Shown here one piece after another: positions 36,729 to 49,096 of a stretch of DNA of 64,000 bases. Location: NCBI GenBank assembly GCA_002269645.1, contig NIVC01002960.1:1-64000 (forward strand), read 5' to 3'. The position numbers and the translations under genes are program-made. The DNA comes from Macrostomum lignano (lineage: Eukaryota). The notes beneath the pieces are model-generated. The model did not search any database. It was not told where the DNA came from and worked only from the letters and a program-made list of their open reading frames with translations. The first letter of the stretch is position 1. Every line of letters begins with the position of its first letter.

Positions 36729-37104
36729 CGGACTGCTCTGATTGGCTGGCTAAGCTTTGGCTTTAGCTGGGCTGCAAAGTACATTTTGGCATTTTTTAAA
36801 TATCCGTAGTATGCTACTGAAAAGTGAGACACGTCAGTAGTGCAGCAGGAGTTTTATCGCAGTTTGTATTCGAATAAAAAGAAAGATAAGACCAGCCTAC
36901 AAAACTTTTTCAGCTTTTCAGAAAAATATAAAGATAAAATCCTCATATCACTGATAAAAAACGCACGGCTTTGTTATTATAAATCACAAAGGAGCAGGAC
37001 GGAAACAGTTCGTTAAAGACTACTAAGAATAAGTAGTATAAAACAAGGCTAAAAACAAACACAAGTCTTGTACAGGGAAGAGAATCAATGGTACAATTAA
37101 AGAC

Positions 37105-38245
37105 AGCAGGGTGCTGGAGTCAGGGGGAACCCCAGACTAGCCGGGCAGCAGGGTGCTGGGGTCAGGGGGAATCCCAGACTAGCCGGGCAGCAAGGTGCTG
37201 GGGTCAGGGGGAATCCCAGACTAGCCGGGCAGCAGGGTGCTGGGGTCAGGGGGAATCCCAGACTAGCCGGGCAGCAAGGTGCTGGGGTCAGGGGAATCCC
37301 AGACTAGCCGGGCAGCAAGGTGCTGGGGTCAGGGGGAATCCCAGACTAGCCGGGCAGCAGGATGCTGGGGTCAGGGGGAATCCCAGACTAGCCGGGCAGC
37401 AGGATTCTGGGGTCAGGGGGAATCCCAGACTAGCCGGGCAGCAGGGTGCTGGGGTCAGGGGGAATCCCAGACTAGCCGGGCATCAGGGTGCTGGGGTCAG
37501 GGGGAATCCCAGGCTAGCCGAGCAGCAGGATTCTGGGGGCAGGGGGAATCTCAGACTAGCCGGGAAGCAAGGTGCTGGGGTCAGGGGAATCCCAGACTAG
37601 CCGGGCAGCAAGGTGCTGGGGTCAGGGGAATCCCAGACTAGCCGGGCAGCAGGGTGCTGGGGTCAGGGGGAATCCCAGACTAGCCGGGCAGCAAGGTGCT
37701 GGGGTCAGGGGAATCCCAGACTAGCCGGGCAGCAGGGTGCTGGGTCAGGGGGAATCCCAGACTAGCCGGGCAGCAAGGTGCTGGGGTCAGGGGAATCCCA
37801 GACTAGCCGGGCAGCAAGGTGCTGGGGTCAGGGGGAATCCCAGACTAGCCGGGCAGCAAGGTGCTGGGGTCAGGGGGAATCCCAGACTAGCCGGGCAGCA
37901 AGGTGCTGGGGTCAGGGGGAATCCCAGACTAGCCGGGCAGCAGGGTGCTGGGGTCAGGGGGAATCCCAGACTAGCCGGGCATCAGGGTGCTGGGGTCAGG
38001 GGGAATCCCAGGCTAGCCGAGCAGCAGGATTCTGGGGGCAGGGGGAATCTCAGACTAGCCGGGAAGCAAGGTGCTGGGGTCAGGGGAATCCCAGACTAGC
38101 CGGGCAGCAAGGTGCTGGGGTCAGGGGAATCCCAGACTAGCCGGGCAGCAGGGTGCTGGGGTCAGGGGGAATCCCAGACTAGCCGGGCAGCAAGGTGCTG
38201 GGGTCAGGGGGAATCCCAGACTAGCCGGGCAGCAGGATGCTGGGA
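37105..38245. repeat. Minisatellite, 41-42-bp unit, overlapping the RNF32 stop codon and 3' UTR
   Basis: About 27 units of GGTGCTGGGGTCAGGGGGAATCCCAGACTAGCCGGGCAGCA, with a ~500-bp higher-order duplication. Confidence 0.95.
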
Positions 38246-41200
38246 TCGATAGGCCGCTTCTGATAGCCGGGGGCGCGGCAGACGGGGCAGAGACGCGCCG
38301 GTGCATCGCAGACGAGCTCCTCGAAGGTGGCGATGCAGACGGCGTGGAAGACGTGCGAGCAGGACAGCAGCACCGCCGGGCGGGCCAGCGCGCTGGCGGC
38401 GGCTGCGGCGCCAACGGCGGAGGCGGGCACGGCCAGCGGCAGCAGGCAGATCGGGCAGTCCGCGTCGCATCGGCGGATGGCCTGGAAGCCGGGGTGGGGA
38501 CGGCTGTGAAGACACTCAAGGATCACAGATGGGGATTCTCATTCACGGGATAACAGATAGGGATTCTGATTTGCAGGGATCACAGATGGGGATTCTGATT
38601 GATGGGGATAACAGATGGGGATTCTGATTGATGGGGATAACAGATGGGGATTCTGATTAATGGGGATAACAGATGGTTTGCAGGGATTACAGATGGGGAT
38701 TCTGATTGATGGGGATAACAGATAGGGATTCTGATTGATGGGGATAACAGATAGGGATTCTGATTGATGGGGATAACAGATGGGGATTCGGATTGATGGG
38801 GATCACAGATGGGGATTCTGATTGATGGGGATTACAGATGGAGATTCTGATTGATGGGGATCACAGATGGGGATTCTGATTGATGGGGATAACAGATGGG
38901 GATTCTGATTGATGGGGATAACAGATGGGGATTCTGATTGATGGGGATAACAGATGGGGATTCTGATTTGCAGGGATAACAGATGGGGATTCTGATTTGC
39001 AGGGATTACAGATGGGGATTCTGATTTGCAGGGATTACAGATGGGGATTCTGATTTGCAGGGATTACAGATGGGGATTCTGATTTGCAGGGATCACAGAT
39101 GGGGATTCTGATTTGCAGGGATCACAGATGGGGATTCTGATTTGCAGGGATTACAGATGGGGATTCTGATTTGCAGGGATTACAGATGGGGATTCTGATT
39201 TGCAGGGATTACAGATGGGGATTCTGATTTGCAGGGTCACAGATGGGGATTCTGATTTGCAGGGATCACAGATGGAGATTCTGATTTGCAGGGATTACAG
39301 ATGGGGATTCTGATTTGCAGGGATTACAGATGGGGATTCTGATTTGCAGGGATCACAGATGGGGATTCTGATTTGCAGGGTCACAGATGGGGATTCTGAT
39401 TAACAGGGTCACAGATGGGGATTCTGATTAACAGGGTCACAGATGGGGATTCTGATTAACAGGGTCACAGATGGGGATTCTGATTAACAGGGTCACAGAT
39501 AGGTGTTCTTACTCTTCAATTGAGATACAGATCTAATCGAACTACAGATAGGACTCCGCTGGCTAGAAACGCCCCTACCACACCAAAGTGCACACTGAGG
39601 CTCAGCCCACCTTTCCCGCGGTGTCTCCCCACTGCTCCTCGCTGAGGTCCCGCCTGGCGCCCGGCCAGGCCTGGAAGACGCGCCGGCTGGCAGCCACGCA
39701 GCGGTCGATGTCGGCCAAGAAGTCGTTGACGCCGAGGTCGCAGCAGCGGACCATGCGGTCCGACACCTCCGCCAGTCGCTCCTCATAGAAGCGGCGCCGA
39801 AGGCGGGGATCCGTGGGCGGCCGCAGCCGGCGCAGCTGCTTGTAGAGCCGGCGGGCAACGTAGCCGCGCCAGGTGGCCTGGATTCTGGAATTGGTGTGTA
39901 GTGGAAGCGTTTTGTAATTTTAAAAGTGCATTTAAAAGTACATTTAGGTTCAGCTGTACATATAAGTGCTTACACGATTAACTGGAATAGCAACCATATC
40001 CACTAATACTAAAATGATTTGTCCCTAGGCATCATCCTATATACTAAAAATGAAATGTGTGTCTCTGTGAGATAGATTTCAGAAAAAACGGCTTAACCGA
40101 TTTTCTTCAAACTTGCACCATTTGATCAGAAATTTTTCTGGGACGGTACATGCATCTTGGCTAAGAAATTGCTCAATTTTAAAGGGATTAAATATTCGAA
40201 AAACATGCTTTTTTGCAAAGGTCAAGCCAAATTTTTGACTTGAAATGCATTGTAAGAATGCTAGAGAAAAAACTGACTGACTGAATTCCGATTGTGATAA
40301 AGATTGCATCACAAAAAGTTGAAAACAGTGTCAAAGAAATGCACACACGACTTGATAGAAATTGCGTAACCAATATTGCTAACTTAAATTGGGACTGATA
40401 CTGGCTGACTGAGAAATTGATTATGTCATAACTTTTTACTCCAATTGACTTGCTGTAAGAATTGAATTATAAGGGCCACAATTCATGTTCTCAAATTAAA
40501 AAGAGATAGCCTAGATGCGAGTAGACTGGACTGCTAATGTAGTGACCTGGGTTCGAATCTTAGTAGAGCAAAATAATTTTTTTGTTAAAACACCCTCAAA
40601 ACACAAAATGCTAAACATAAAAGGGCCATCATGCCAAGCATATACGTGCCTCCATGTCGAACATTAAAGAGCCACCATGTCAAACATCAAAGAGCCACAA
40701 TGTCCAACATTAGAGCCACCATGTCGAACATTAAAGAGCTACCATGTCAAACATTAAAGAGCCACCATTTCGAACATTAAAGGGCCACAATGTCAAAAAT
40801 TAAAGAGTTACCATGTAAACATAATAGAGCCACCATGTCAAACATTAAAGAGCCACTATATCAAACATTAAAGAGCTACCATTTCAAACATAAAAGAACC
40901 ATCATGTCAACCAGAAAAGAGCCACCATGTCAAACATTAAAGGGCCACCATGTCTAATATAAAAGAGCCATTCATGTTGAACATAAAGGAGCCACTATGT
41001 TGACATTAAAGAGCCACCATGTCAAACATTAAAGAGCCACCATTTCAAACATAAAAGAGCCACTATATCAAACATTAAAGAGCTACCATTTCAAACATAA
41101 AAGAACCATCATGTCAAGCAGAAAAGAGCCACCATGTCAAACAATAAAGAGCCACCATTTCAAACATAAAAGAGCCACCATGTCAAACATAAAAGAGCCA

Positions 41201-44200
41201 CTATGTAAAACATATATGTGACTCTATATCAAACATATACGTGACTTCATGTTGAACATTAAAGAGCCATCATGCTGAACATTAAAGAGCCACCATGTCA
41301 AACATATAAGAGACTTTATTTCAAACAAAAAGAGCCACCATGTTGAAAATTAAAGAGCCAACCTGTAAAACATTTAAAAGATTCACCATGTCAAACATAT
41401 AAGTGACTTCATTTCAAACATAAAAGAGCCACTATGTCAAACATTAAAGAGCCACCATGTCAAACATTAAAGAGCCACCATGTCAAACATATAAGAGTAA
41501 GAGACTTTATTTTAAATATAAAAGAGCCACAATGTTGAGCATTAAAGAGCCACAATGTAAAACATAAAAACAACCATTTCGAACATTAAAGAGCCACAAT
41601 GTCGAACATTAAAGAGCTACCATGTCAAACATTAAAGAGCCACCATGTCGAACATTAAAGAGCCACCATGTCGAACGTTAAAGAGCCACCATGTCGAACA
41701 TTAACGAGCCACCATGTCAAACATTAAAGAGCCACCATTTTGAACATTAAAGAGTCATTATGTCAAACATTAAAGAGCCACTTTGTTGAATATTAAAGAG
41801 CCACTATGTCAAACATTAAAAAGCCACCATGTCAAACATTAAAGAGCCACCATGTCGAACATAAAGGAGCCACCATGTTGAACATAAAGGAGCCACCATG
41901 TTGAACATAAAAGAACCACCATGTAGAACATAAAAGAGCCACCATGTCTGATATAAAAGAGCCACCATGTAGAACATAAAAGAGCCACCATGTTGAAAAT
42001 TAAAGAGCCAACCTGTAAAACATTTAAAAGATTCACCATGTCAAACATATAAGTGACTTCATTTCAAACATAAAAGAGCCACTATGTCAAACATAAAAGA
42101 TACACAATTCAAAATGTAAAAGTGAGTGAATTTTAAAGGAGCCACTATAATGCTAAGGAAATTGTCTGGTGGATGCTTGCTATTTGGGGATGCTATCTAT
42201 CTGGGGATTCTTGCTATCTAGGGGGTGCTTGCTATCTGGGGGATGCTTGCTATCTGGGGGATGCTTGCTATCTGGGGATGCTTGCTATCTGGGGGATGCT
42301 TGCTATTTGGTTGATGCTTGCAATCTGGGGGATGCTTGCTATCTGGGGGATGCTTGCTGTCTTGGGATGATTTTTTTTGCATTGCACTTCATTTGAGTAG
42401 TTTGTTTGTTTTCTTTGTGAAAGCTTTATTTGGCTATCTTCTTATTACTTGTAGAGAACAGAGATTCTATACAGATGTCCCCCAACGGGGGGCGAAGATT
42501 GCTAGTCCTATATACTAAAAATGAGTTGTCTGTATGTATGTGGGTAGGTATGCGATAGATTTCAGAAAAAATGGCTCAACCGATTTTCTTCAAACTTGCA
42601 CCATTCGATCAGAAATTTTCCTGGGACGGTACATGCATCTTGGCTAAAAAATTGCTCAATATTAAAGGGATTAAATATTCGAAAAACAGGCTTTTTTGCA
42701 AAGGTCAAGCGGCTCTTTCGATCTGAAATGCATTGTAAGAATGCTAGAGAAAAAACTGACTGACTGAATTTCAATTCTGATAAAGATTGCATCACAACAA
42801 GTTGAAAACAGTGCCAAAGAAATGCACACACAACTTGATTGAAATTGCGTAACAATATTGCTAACTTAAATTGACACTGATACTGGCTGACTAAGAAATT
42901 GATTATGTCATAACTTTTTACTCTAACCAACTTGCTGTAAGCATTGAATTATAAGGGCCACAAATCATGTTCTCCAATTGAAAAAGATAGCCCAGATGCG
43001 AACAGATTGGAATGCTATTGTAGCGACCTGGGTTCGAATCTTAGTAGTGCAAAAAAGATTTTTTTTATTAAAACACCTTAAAAACACAAAACTTCTAAAC
43101 ATAAAAGAAGCGCAATGTCAAACATAGAAGAGCTACCATGTCGAACATAAAAGAGCCAACATATCGAATATTAAAGAGCCACCATGTCAAACCTAAACGA
43201 GCCACCATGTCTAATATTTAAGAGGCACCATGTAAAACATATAAGTGACTTTATGTCAAACATAAAAGAGCCACCATTTCGAACATTAAACAGCCACCAT
43301 TTCGAACATTAAAGAGCCACGATGTCGAAAATAAAAGAGCCACTATTTCGAACATCAAAGAGCCACTATGTCAAACATTTAGGAGCCACCATGTCAAACA
43401 TTCAAAAGCCACATTGTCAAACATTAAAGAGCCATTATGTCGTACATTAAAGAGCCACCATTTCGAACATTAAAGAGCCACCATGTCGAACAAAAAAGAG
43501 CCACCATTTCGAACATAAAAGAGCCAACATGTCAAACATAAAGAGCCACCATGTCAAACATTTAAGAGCCACCATGTCAAACATATATGTGACTTTATGT
43601 CAAACATTAAAGAGCCACCATTTTGGACATAACAGAGCTACCATGTAAAACATTAAAGAGCCACCATGTCAAACATTAAAGAGCCACCATGTCGAACATT
43701 AAAGAGCCACCATGTCGAATATTAAAGAGCCACCATGTCGAACATTAAAGAGCCACCATGTCAAACATTAAAAGTCACCATGCTAAACATTAAAGAGCCA
43801 CCATATCAAGCATAAAAGAGCCACCATGTCAAACCTAAAAGAGCCACCATGTCAAAAATAAAAGAGCCACTATTTCGAACATTAAAGAGCCTCCATTTCG
43901 AACATTAAAGAGCCACCATGTCGACCATAAAAGAGCCACTATTTCGAACATCAAAGAGCCACTATGTCAAACATTTAGGAGCCACTTTTTTGAACATTAA
44001 AGAGCCACCATGTCAAACATAAATGAGCCACAATGTAGAATATTAAAGAGCTACCATGTAAAACATTAAAGAGCCACCATTTGAAACATTAAAGAGTCAC
44101 CATGTCAAACATTTAAGAGCCACCATGTCAAACATTTAAGAGCCACCATGTAAAACAAAAGAGCCACCATTTCGAACATTAAAGAGCCACCATGTCAAAC

Positions 44201-47200
44201 ATTTAAGAGCCACCATGTCAAACATATATGTGACTTTATGTCAAACATTAAAGAACCACCATGTCGAACATTAAAGTGCCACCATGTGTAACATAAAAGA
44301 GCTATATCATGAAGAACATCAAAGAGCCACCATTTCAAACATTGAAGAGCCACTATTTCGAAAATTAAAGAGCCACCATGTCAAACAATAGCCACCATGT
44401 CAAACATTAAAGAGCCACTTTGTCGAACATTAAAGAGCCACCATGTAAAACATAAAAGAGCCAACATGTCAGACATTAAAAAGCCAGCGTATCAAACATA
44501 AAATAGTTACCATGTCGAACAAAAAAGAGCCACCATGTCGAACAAAAAAGAGCCACCATGAAGAACATTAAAGAGCCACCATGTCGAACATTAAAGAGCC
44601 ACCATGAAGAACATTAAAGAGCCACCATGTCAAACATAAAAGAGCCACCATGTTAAACATAGAAGAGCCACCATGTCAGATGTTAAAAAGAGCCACCATG
44701 TCGAACATATATGTGACTTTATGTCAAACATATATGTGACTTTATGTCAAACATATATGTGACTTTATGTCAAACATATATGTGACTTTATGTCAAACAT
44801 ATATGTGACTTTATGTCAAACATTAAGGAGCCACCATTTCGAACATTAAAGAGCCACCATGTCGAACATTAAAGAGCCACCATGTAAAACATTAAAGAGC
44901 CACATTGTTAAACATTAAAGAGCCATTATGTCGTACATTAAAGAGCCACCATGTAAAACATTAAAGAGCCGCCATGTCAAAACATAAAAGTGCCATCATG
45001 TCAAACCAAAAGGACCCACCATGTCTAACAGAAAAGAGCCACCATGTCAAACATTAAAGAGCCACCATGTCAGACATAAATCTGGCATGATGTCAAACAT
45101 TAAAGTGCCACCATATCGAACATTAAAGAGCCACCATGTCGAACATTAAAGGGCCACCATGTAGAACATTAAAGAGCCACCATGTCGAACATTAAAAAAC
45201 CACCATGTCGAACATTAAAGAGCCACCATGTCAAACCTAAAAGAACCACCATGTCGAACATTAAAGAGCCACTATGTCAAACATAAATCTGGCATGATGT
45301 CAAACATTAAAGTGCCACCATGCATATCGAACATTAAAGAGCCACCATGTCTAACAGTAAAGAGCCGCCATGTCGAACATTAAAGGGCCACCATGTAGAA
45401 CATTAAAGAGCCACCATGTCGAACATTAAAGAACCACCATGTCGAACATTAAAGAGCCACCATGTCAAACATAAATCTGGCATGATGTCAAACATTAAAG
45501 TGCCACCATATCGAACATTAAAGAGCCACCATGTCGAACATTAAAGGGCCACCATGTAGAACATTAAAGAGCCACCATGTCGAACATTAAAGAGCCACCA
45601 TGTCAAAAATTAAAGGACCACCATGTCGAACATTAAAGAGCCACCATGTAAAACATTAAAGAGCCACCATGTAAAACATTAAAGAGCCACATTGTTAAAC
45701 ATAGAAGAGCCACCATGTCTAACATTAAAGAACCACCATGTCGAACATTAAAGAGCCACCATGTCTAACATTAAAGAGCCACCATGTCTAACAGTAAAAA
45801 GCCACCATGTCGCCTGCTATCTGGGGTGCTTGCTATCTGGTGGTGCTTGCTATCTGGGGGTGCTTGCTATCTGGAGGTGCTTGCTATCTGGGGGTGCCTG
45901 CTATCTGGGGGTGCCTGCTATCTGGGGGTGCTAGCTATCTGGTGGTGCTTGCTATCTGGGGTGCTTGCTATCTGGGGTGCTTGCTATCTGGGGTGCTTGC
46001 TATCTGGGGTGCTTGCTATCTGGGGGTGCTTGCTATCTGGGGTGCTTGCTATCTGGGGATGCTTGCTATCTGGGGGTGCCTGCTATCTGGGGGGTGCTTG
46101 CTATCTGAGGGATGCTTGCTATCTGGGGGTGCTTGCTATCTGGGGGGATGCTTGCTATCTGGGGGGTGCTTGCTATCTGGGGGGTGCCTGCTATCTGGGG
46201 GGATGCTTGCTATCTGGAGGTGCTTGCTATCTGGGGGGATGCTTGCTGTCTTAGGATGTTTTCTTTTCGCATTGCACTTCATCTGAGCAGTTTTTCTATT
46301 GACTATGTGAAGGCTTTGTTTGGCCATCTTATTGATACTTGTACAGAACAGAGATTCTATCTAGATGTCCCCCATCGGGGGGCGAAGATTGCTAGTCTAT
46401 GTCTCTAAAGATTATATAGCAAAAGTACTTTTGGCTAAAAATTAAAAGTGCATTCTCATACAGCTTAATAACATTGCTAGTGCATTTATATTGCAAACTG
46501 AACCCTAACCTTTTAACTTTAGGGAGGCAGGGGGTTTTACTGCCCATTCCGCCGACTTCCCTGAGCAGGTACACGATCGCGCGGATACGTACGCAGTCAT
46601 ACGCGCAGGCACACACTCACACAGGAGTGTACAGCGGCCCTAACTTTATTTATCGTTAGGCATGTACACTTCACTGTGCCTTGGGGGTTGGCCCACAAGG
46701 CCGTTAATTGCACAAGAGCAGAGCAAAGCCGAGATTCCAGTTTAGCCCCCAAATTAATGTGACTGCATTTGGAATCGAGCCTGGGACCACTGGCACACCA
46801 GAGCGCCGCGCTTGACCACTGGGTGCATTGGGGGCCAGTGGAGAATCCTAAAGTATAAAATAAACCTTTAGTATTTCATGTGATCAGTACTGAAAATCGG
46901 GTAGATAATAGTACATAGTATACAAAAGTACGGTTTTAAAAATATCAGAAATCCAAGCAAATATTTATTAAACAAGGGCGCGTGAAGCTGGACTCTAAGG
47001 CCGCTCACCTGGTGGCGCACCTCACCAGGTGCTGATATTCTCCATCGTAGATCAGCCGCTTCTCGTAGGCCTCTTTGCGGCACATTGGGCACGACTTGCG
47101 GCCGGAGAAGCGCTCGAATGCTTCCAGACAGGCCTAGGGGACGAACAGGGTCATATACAATCAATGGATCAATCTACTTATCGATCACACAATCAATGGA

Positions 47201-49096
47201 TCAATCTACTTATCAATTACACAATCAATGGATCAATCTACTTATCGATCACACAATCAATGGATCAATCTACTTATCGATCACACAATCAATGGATCAA
47301 TCTACTTATCAATCACACAATCAATGGATCAATCTACTTATCAATCACACAATCAATTGATCAATCTACTTATCAATCACACAATCAATGGATCAATCTA
47401 CTTATCAATCACACAATCAATGGATCAATCTACTTATCAATCACACAATCAATCCTCTTATCAATCACACAATCAATCTACTTATCAATCACTCTATCAA
47501 TCGATCAATCTACTTATCAATCACTCTATCAATCGATCAATCTACTTATCAATCACTATCAATCGATCAATCGCTCAAGCACCAACCTTGTGGAACACGT
47601 GGGAGCAGGACAGCAGCACCTGCTCCTGCAGCCCAAAGTCCTCCTTGCAGATGACGCAGGGCTCCCTGATGGCGTCCTGAACATTCTGACGCCGCTTCAG
47701 CGACTGCCAAGCATCTTCAGTCAGGATGTCCGGGCGCTGGTACTCGACTAGGCCCAGCTTCTGTGCTGCATCACAGAAAAGATCGAGGCTAATTTTTTAA
47801 ATTAATTTATGGGAAAATCGCACTTTGACAAGGCTCGCTCATTAGTGGTGTCTGCCAAGACAATCCGGCAACAGACATTCCGGTAACAGACACTCCGGTA
47901 ACAGACACTCCGGTAACAGACACTCCGGCAACAGACACTCCGGCAACAGACACTCCGGCAACAGACACTCCGGCAACAGACACTCCGGCAACAGACACTC
48001 CGGCAACAGACACTCCGGCAACAGACATTCCGGTTCCGGCAACAGACACAAACAGACGGAAAGCTCACCCAAACTGGGCTTCTCCACCCGCCTGGCGTCC
48101 AGCACTTTCTCTTTTCTACTCAGCAGCGCTTGCGTGGCGAATCCCGCACTGGGATCTGGCGGATCGTTGGGCCTCTCCGAACGGGGCTTTCCTGGAAAAC
48201 AGGGGGGTTGCAGTGTGAGGTTCCACAGGTACTGGGATCCTAGAACATGCTTGGGCGCAACCTTGGGATTCACTCGGCCGTTTCTATTGGCAACACACAC
48301 ATGTAAGTCGCTATTGGACGGAATAGTAGTCACGTGACTGCTCTCAGCCAACAGCGACTTACATGTGTGTGTTGCCAATAGAAACGGCCGGATGATTCCC
48401 AAAGTTGCGCATGTATGTACTAGAATGATGACTAGAATGACTGTTTTAGCACAACAGATGACAAGAGGAGAGGGGAGAGAGAAGAGAAGAGACAGGAGAG
48501 GATAGGAGGAGAGAGGAGCTTTGAGAGAATAGAGCTAAGAAGAGACAAACTTAAGCGGGCCGGATAGAGAGGCTTTGCAGGTCCGAGTTAGCCGAACACT
48601 GTTCCAGCATCTGTGAGGTTCCAGAACCAACTGACATCAAGAGCCCATAAGCAACACCCTTGGTAGATAATGAAATTCTAATTAAATTATTAAAGTAATT
48701 AAAATCTAGATCTTAAACTCTACCAAATGTTGCCTGCTCCTCAGCTCTTTTAGGTAGCAGCTGGAAGCCTACAAGCTATCCTGTTGTAAATTGAAGTTGA
48801 AATCTGCCTATGGATGGATAGACTTGCTGAGCAAGTGACTGTGTTTCATTTGTTGATGGGCAGTTAGAAAACAGGCTAATCTGTTGCTTAAGCTGCTCAC
48901 TGAGTCCGGTGTCAACAACTGGCTTCACAGCCTTCAGCTTGGCTTTGGAACTGGCCTGTGTGCCCCACGGCCTGGCATTGATGTTGGGCAGGCGCAGACC
49001 CAGCCCAGAGTCACCCATCCTCTGTAGCAGGTGCTGCTGGAGGGCTGCAGACACCAGAGCTGATGGCTTCAATGGAGCCGTCTGCCAGCTAGACAT
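38221..49096 (-). CDS. RNF32: RING finger protein 32 orthologue (RING-H2 - IQ - RING-H2), 385 aa, 6 coding exons
   Basis: Exons 49096-48901, 48191-48069, 47765-47587, 47133-47009, 39884-39611 and 38481-38221 total 1158 nt with consistent phases. Motifs: AALQQHLL..VVDTGL, AQKLGL, CVICKEDF..VLLSCSHVFHKACL..CPMCR, IQATWRGYVAR (IQ), second CPICL..LLSCSHVFH..CPVCR. Confidence 0.93.
38518..39500. repeat. Intronic minisatellite, ~29-bp unit GATGGGGATTCTGATT(TGCA/GATG)GGGAT(T/A/C)ACA
   Basis: About 33 units filling the last RNF32 intron. Confidence 0.95.
40035..42505 (+). mobile_element. Non-autonomous Helitron 1 with internal 23-bp and 17-18-bp minisatellite arrays
   Basis: 5' A|TCCTATATACTAAAAATG; 3' hairpin CCCCC-AAC-GGGGG ~10 nt before terminal CTAG; no TSD; no Rep/helicase ORF. 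Confidence 0.85.
42506..46395 (+). mobile_element. Non-autonomous Helitron 2, fused head-to-tail to Helitron 1
   Basis: Starts TCCTATATACTAAAAATG immediately after the CTAG of copy 1, shares its ~600-bp 5' region, ends with the hairpin + CTAG|T; array A is ~2.7 kb here versus ~1.45 kb in copy 1. Confidence 0.85.
46520..46830 (-). mobile_element. Possible tRNA-derived SINE: tRNA-like head followed by the dispersed structured body
   Basis: On the minus strand, an A-box-like CCCAGTGGTCAAGCGC and B-box-like GGCTCGATTCC (46830-46770) lie upstream of the body shared with the 4.2, 6.0 and 13.6-kb copies. Confidence 0.55.
47155..47570. repeat. Intronic minisatellite, ~32-bp unit TCAATGGATCAATCTACTTATCAATCACACAA
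   Basis: About 13 units in RNF32 intron 3. Confidence 0.93.
47862..48050. repeat. Intronic minisatellite, 15-bp unit CCGG(C/T)AACAGACACT
   Basis: About 12 units in RNF32 intron 2. Confidence 0.95.
48238..48425. repeat. Long inverted repeat / foldback (MITE-like) in RNF32 intron 1
   Basis: Perfect 38-bp arms at 48275-48312 and 48353-48390, imperfect outer extensions, central palindrome AGTCACGTGACT. Confidence 0.85.

Noticed and set aside
40655-45810. Perfect Kozak GCCACCATG in most 23-bp Helitron repeat units
   Set aside because: It yields only short ORFs, lies antisense within an intron, and the vertebrate consensus need not apply; probably coincidence
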